DNA of 64,000 nucleotides from Bacilli bacterium (GTDB lineage Bacteria; Bacillota_I; Bacilli_A; RF39; UBA660): NCBI GenBank assembly GCA_017525035.1, contig JAFXTH010000005.1, positions 25 to 64,024 of the forward strand, read 5' to 3'. Shown piece by piece: positions 60,297 to 64,000 of this stretch (position 1 is its first letter; each line of letters starts with the position of its first letter). The notes under the pieces were generated by a model. It saw only the letters and a program-made list of their open reading frames with translations, ran no database searches and was not told where the DNA came from. The position numbers and the translations under genes were made by a program.

Positions 60297-61159
60297 TGGA
60301 AACAAAAGTAGTAGTTAGAAAAACAAATGAAATAGTTATAGAAAAAAGTCCTAATGGGGCTAATTTTCTTTATAACAACCTTTTTGGGCGAGTAATTTTA
60401 TCACTTGCTACAAAAAGATTTGTATCATCAATTGCAGGATGGTATTTAAATAGAAAAAGATCAACCAAGTATATAAAAGGTTTTATTAAGAGCAATAATA
60501 TTGATATGAGTGATTATGTAGAACGTGATTACAACTCATTTAATGACTTTTTCTCAAGAGAAATAAAACCTAATAAAAGAACTTTTTCTAAAGAAAAAAA
60601 AGATTTTTGTTCGCCTAGTGATTCTAAACTAATAGTATACAAAATTACTAAAGATAAGGAATTTACTATTAAAGGTAAAAAGTATACGGTTGAAAGAATA
60701 CTAAAGGATAAAGAACTAGCTAGTGAATATGAAAATGGCTATTTTATGGTATTTAGATTATCAGTAGATGATTATCATAGATATGCATATATTGATAATG
60801 GTAAATGCTTAAGCAATAAAAATATTAAAGGTAAATATCACACAGTTGGTGCTATTGCATTTGATAGACATAAAGTGTATGAAGAAAATCATAGAGCATA
60901 CAGTGTTCTAGAAACAGAGAACTTCGGCAAAATTATTCAAATGGAAGTCGGTGCCATGATGGTAGGTAAGATAGTTAATCATGATAAAGGAACCTTTAAA
61001 AGAGGGGAAGAAAGAGGATACTTTCGTTTTGGAGGATCAACAATCGTTATTATGGTTAAAGAAAATGTGCTTAAGATTGATAAAGATATTTTAGATAATT
61101 CTAAAAATAATATAGAAACAAAAATAAAACAAGGTGAGAAAGTAGCGAAGGGGTTATAA
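60296..61159 (+). CDS. psd: Phosphatidylserine decarboxylase proenzyme
   Basis: FRLSVDDYHRY and the self-cleavage site FRFGGSTIV. ATG overlaps the pssA stop (TAATG). Confidence 0.85.
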   Translation: METKVVVRKTNEIVIEKSPNGANFLYNNLFGRVILSLATKRFVSSIAGWYLNRKRSTKYIKGFIKSNNIDMSDYVERDYNSFNDFFSREIKPNKRTFSKEKKDFCSPSDSKLIVYKITKDKEFTIKGKKYTVERILKDKELASEYENGYFMVFRLSVDDYHRYAYIDNGKCLSNKNIKGKYHTVGAIAFDRHKVYEENHRAYSVLETENFGKIIQMEVGAMMVGKIVNHDKGTFKRGEERGYFRFGGSTIVIMVKENVLKIDKDILDNSKNNIETKIKQGEKVAKGL

Positions 61160-61161
61160 AT

Positions 61162-61887
61162 ATGTGTAGTAGAAGAGCAGTATTAATAATTCATGGTTTG
61201 GCAGGTGGAACTTATGATGAAGAACCACTGGCGAACTTTTTAGAGAAGCATAGAAGACTCGATGTATTTTCATTCACACTTCCAGGACATGATGTTAAAG
61301 ATAAAAGAAAAGCAACAATGGAAGAATGGATTAATGAATCAGAAAGGCAGTTAAATGATCTAATTGATGCTGGATATAAGAAAATATATCTTATAGGTCA
61401 TAGTATGGGTGGTGTTATTGCTTCGTACTTAGCAAGCAAATACAAACAAGTAAAAAAATTAGTTTTAGTAGCACCAGCATTTACATCTATTGCATCTAAA
61501 GAAGAAGGTGGATTGCTAAGTGCAATTTTTAAAATACCTGATTTAATAAAAGCCTACAGCTACAATGAATTAAAAACTAGACTTAATAAATTACCATTAT
61601 CTGCAGAAAAAGAATTTTTTGATTTAGTAGATACATACAAAGATGATATTTATAAAGTAACTGTACCAACGCTTTTTGTACATGGTACAATTGATCAAGT
61701 TGTACCTGTTAAATCAACAATAGATACCTTTAACAAGTATGAAAATCCTAAGAAGGTATTATTACTTATAAATGATTACTATCATGATGTATTTAAAGGT
61801 AATAAAGTTAGTCAAATAAATAATGAAATCCAAAGTTTCTTATTAAAGAGAAATTATAGAATAAAAGAAGAAAAATTAGAGATATAA
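61162..61887 (+). CDS. Alpha/beta hydrolase (carboxylesterase/monoacylglycerol lipase-like)
   Basis: LIIHGLAGG, nucleophile elbow GHSMGG, HGTIDQVVP, YHDV. Confidence 0.75.
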   Translation: MCSRRAVLIIHGLAGGTYDEEPLANFLEKHRRLDVFSFTLPGHDVKDKRKATMEEWINESERQLNDLIDAGYKKIYLIGHSMGGVIASYLASKYKQVKKLVLVAPAFTSIASKEEGGLLSAIFKIPDLIKAYSYNELKTRLNKLPLSAEKEFFDLVDTYKDDIYKVTVPTLFVHGTIDQVVPVKSTIDTFNKYENPKKVLLLINDYYHDVFKGNKVSQINNEIQSFLLKRNYRIKEEKLEI

Positions 61888-61890
61888 TTA

Positions 61891-61918
61891 TTTACAAAAA
61901 TAAAATATATAGTAAAAT
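61891..61918 (+). promoter_or_regulatory. Sigma-A type promoter of frr
   Basis: TTTACA, 16 nt spacer, TAAAAT. Confidence 0.45.
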
Positions 61919-61942
61919 TGAATTAAGGAGACGATAAAACGT

Positions 61943-62488
61943 ATGGATGAGAACTTTTTAGAAGAAGCAGAAGTAAAAATGTTAAATACACTTGATAATT
62001 TAGAGAAGCGTTTTGCAACAGTAAGAGCAGGAAGAGCTAACCCAAGTTCACTTGATGGTGTTATGGTATCTTATTATGGTGTTGATACACCACTTAAGCA
62101 ACTTGCGACTATCTCTGTTCCAGAAGCAAGACAATTATTAATTAAACCTTTTGATAGATCTTGCTTACATGCTATTGAAAAAGGGATTTTTGAAGCAGAT
62201 TTAGGATTCACACCTAATAATGATGGTGAAACAGTTAGAATTGTTATTCCACCACTTACTGAAGATAGAAGAAAAGAACTTGCAAAACAAGTTAAAGCAA
62301 TGGCTGAAGATGCTAAAGTATCAATTAGAAATACAAGAAGAGAAACAATGGAAGATATTGAAAAAGCAGGTCTTCCAGAAGATATTGAAAAATCAAAGGA
62401 CAAAGAAGTACAAGATTTAGTAAACGAATATAATAAAAAAGTTGAAGATATGTTAAAAGTAAAAGAAGAAGAACTAATGAGCGTATAG
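61943..62488 (+). CDS. frr: Ribosome recycling factor
   Basis: FATVRAGRANPSSLDGVMVSYYG, TPNNDGETVRIVIPPLTEDRRKEL, IRNTRRE. Confidence 0.92.
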   Translation: MDENFLEEAEVKMLNTLDNLEKRFATVRAGRANPSSLDGVMVSYYGVDTPLKQLATISVPEARQLLIKPFDRSCLHAIEKGIFEADLGFTPNNDGETVRIVIPPLTEDRRKELAKQVKAMAEDAKVSIRNTRRETMEDIEKAGLPEDIEKSKDKEVQDLVNEYNKKVEDMLKVKEEELMSV

Positions 62489-62498
62489 TTCTTTTTTT
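62470..62498 (+). terminator. Rho-independent terminator
   Basis: agaacta-(9 nt)-tagttct plus T7, overlapping the frr stop. Confidence 0.7.
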
Positions 62499-62499
62499 A

Positions 62500-62528
62500 T
62501 TGATAAAAAGCAGCTTGTGTGCTACAAT
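62500..62528 (+). promoter_or_regulatory. Sigma-A type promoter
   Basis: TTGATA, 17 nt spacer, TACAAT. Confidence 0.55.
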
Positions 62529-62552
62529 AGGTGGCATTAATGGGGTGTAGGT

Positions 62553-63362
62553 ATGAGTAAAAGTGATGAAGTATTCTTATTTGAACAAATGGATTTACCA
62601 GGCGAAATTCCAATGAATAGATATTATGACAGAGTAGATATAGCCAAAAATTTATCTAGAATGAGGTTAGGTAAAGAAAGGTACAGAGATATATCTTTTG
62701 ATGATGCTAAACTATTATTTTATAAAGCAATAAAACCATTAGGGAAAGATTCACAAGACTACTTAAGAAGTGCATATGAGAAAATTAAAATTAAAAGAGT
62801 ACCAGAACTTAGAAATGGTGATGCAGAATTAGTAGGTAATAGTAAAGTACAAAACCTATATATAACAAATAGAGCACTTAAAGATAATGACTTTATTGCA
62901 TTGGTTCATGAAACTGGACATGCTAAAGCAATAATGCAAGGATGCAATAATGATTACTTTGAGTATGGAGAAGTATTACCAATATTCTTGGAATATTTAG
63001 GATGTAAGGCGATTGAATCAAAAGATGCTTATGAATTATTCTTAATGAATAGATTAAATGCAGTTAAAAAAGATGCTCTACAATTTCTTTCAGATAAAAA
63101 GGCATATAGGGACAGACGTACTGAACAAGATCTTGCGCTTTTAGCAGATATGCTATATCTATTTAGATATTTCATATCAACTGATTACGTGTTACAACTA
63201 ATTGAAAGATTTAAACAAGATTATAGAGCAGTCATTGCTGGAATAGATGATTATCTTGTTAGACAAGGAACATTTAGAAACTTAGAAGATAAATTGGATA
63301 TAGATACTGAAGACTGCAGAAAATTATTGAAAACTGCAAATCAATTTATTAGGAGGAATTAA
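62553..63362 (+). CDS. Small HExxH (gluzincin-like) metallopeptidase family protein, copy 1
   Basis: ALVHETGHAKA followed 17 residues later by YGEVLPIFLEY (candidate third-ligand Glu). No signal peptide. Confidence 0.5.
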   Translation: MSKSDEVFLFEQMDLPGEIPMNRYYDRVDIAKNLSRMRLGKERYRDISFDDAKLLFYKAIKPLGKDSQDYLRSAYEKIKIKRVPELRNGDAELVGNSKVQNLYITNRALKDNDFIALVHETGHAKAIMQGCNNDYFEYGEVLPIFLEYLGCKAIESKDAYELFLMNRLNAVKKDALQFLSDKKAYRDRRTEQDLALLADMLYLFRYFISTDYVLQLIERFKQDYRAVIAGIDDYLVRQGTFRNLEDKLDIDTEDCRKLLKTANQFIRRN

Positions 63363-63363
63363 A

Positions 63364-64000
63364 ATGAAGGTTTCAACAACAGAACCAGAAATACTAAATT
63401 ATTGTTGTGCACTAGATTATAATAAACAAATTGAATGTGAAGATATAAGTGATAGTAACGAAGTATGCAAAATACTTGCTGAGAAAAAAGTAGAGTCAGT
63501 TGCTGGAGATCCAGTAAAACTAAGAAGAAGACAAGTTAAAAGCCTTTTTCTTGGAGCAGTAGAAAAATTAGGTAGAGATACTTCTTCATTCTATGAAAAA
63601 GAAGTTCCAAAAGTAAAAATAAAGAAAACAGATAGATTTCCAAATGGAGAAATAATACTTCCAGGAGGAGCAGCAATATTTAGACGTGACAATTCAGGTG
63701 TCATTTATACACATAAGAAAGATCATACTACTAAAGATATTGTTGCAATGTTTCATGAATTTGGACATTTGCCATTAATTGTTAATGGAGCAAATGGCGA
63801 TTACTATGAATATCAAGAAGTACTTCCAATATATATGGAAAGATTTGGGTTTAATGCAATAGATGAATCAAATGCCAAAGAAATGTTTGAAAGAACTAAC
63901 TTAGGTATAGCAATAGCGCAAGCAAAGGATTTAATGTACTATGTTGAACATGATACTGATCAAAACAGAGCAATGAAAAGAATTAATGAAATCAACAGAA
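63364..64000 (+). CDS. Small HExxH metallopeptidase family protein, copy 2 (3'-truncated by the window edge)
   Basis: Not in the ORF track because it runs off the window. ATG 63364 after AGGAGG. AMFHEFGHLPL...YQEVLPIYMERFG is paralogous to the upstream gene. Confidence 0.5.
   Translation, partial: MKVSTTEPEILNYCCALDYNKQIECEDISDSNEVCKILAEKKVESVAGDPVKLRRRQVKSLFLGAVEKLGRDTSSFYEKEVPKVKIKKTDRFPNGEIILPGGAAIFRRDNSGVIYTHKKDHTTKDIVAMFHEFGHLPLIVNGANGDYYEYQEVLPIYMERFGFNAIDESNAKEMFERTNLGIAIAQAKDLMYYVEHDTDQNRAMKRINEINR

Noticed and set aside
1-64000. Type VII secretion core genes (EssC/FtsK-SpoIIIE ATPase, EsaA, EssB, YukD-like) near the WXG cassettes
   Set aside because: I examined every ORF over 300 aa. 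None has tandem P-loop FtsK-type ATPase domains or the EssB/EsaA architecture. The large proteins at 7998 and 10386 are repeat-rich surface proteins without Walker motifs. The secretion link therefore remains inference.

Overview
Low-GC (about 30% by eye) chromosomal segment from an endospore-forming Firmicute. Gene content looks Erysipelotrichia/Clostridia-like, but that assignment is inference only. The backbone is housekeeping: spoIIGA-sigE-murG-murB-divIB, murC, relA-dtd, rpsT/gpr-spoIIP, infC-rpmI-rplT, rpsB-tsf, a SEDS protein, comEA-comEC, one tRNA-Arg(CCU), a P-type ATPase, pssA-psd and frr. Several accessory blocks interrupt it. (1) 32.6-38.4 kb holds two tandem, diverged copies of a four-gene cassette: a ~300 aa helical protein, two ~105 aa WXG100-like proteins, and a 394-453 aa protein with a helical N-terminus and a C-terminal Cys/His/Asp papain-like domain. 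This looks like a type VII/LXG-style effector cassette, but no secretion ATPase and no immunity gene are visible. It is my top candidate for an undescribed system. (2) 45.8-50.2 kb holds two diverged copies of a two-gene module of unknown function, flanking an inverted dCTP-deaminase-like/DUF1653 fusion gene. (3) 8.0-14.2 kb is an operon of two very large repeat-rich surface proteins. (4) 56.5-59.6 kb is a translationally coupled two-gene operon of unknown function. (5) 26.8-28.6 kb is a stand-alone LXG-like/YD-repeat-like protein. Ribosomal proteins S2 and L20 carry unusual C-terminal extensions. All calls come from reading the ORF translations and the DNA by eye. No database search was run, so every family assignment is motif-level recognition.
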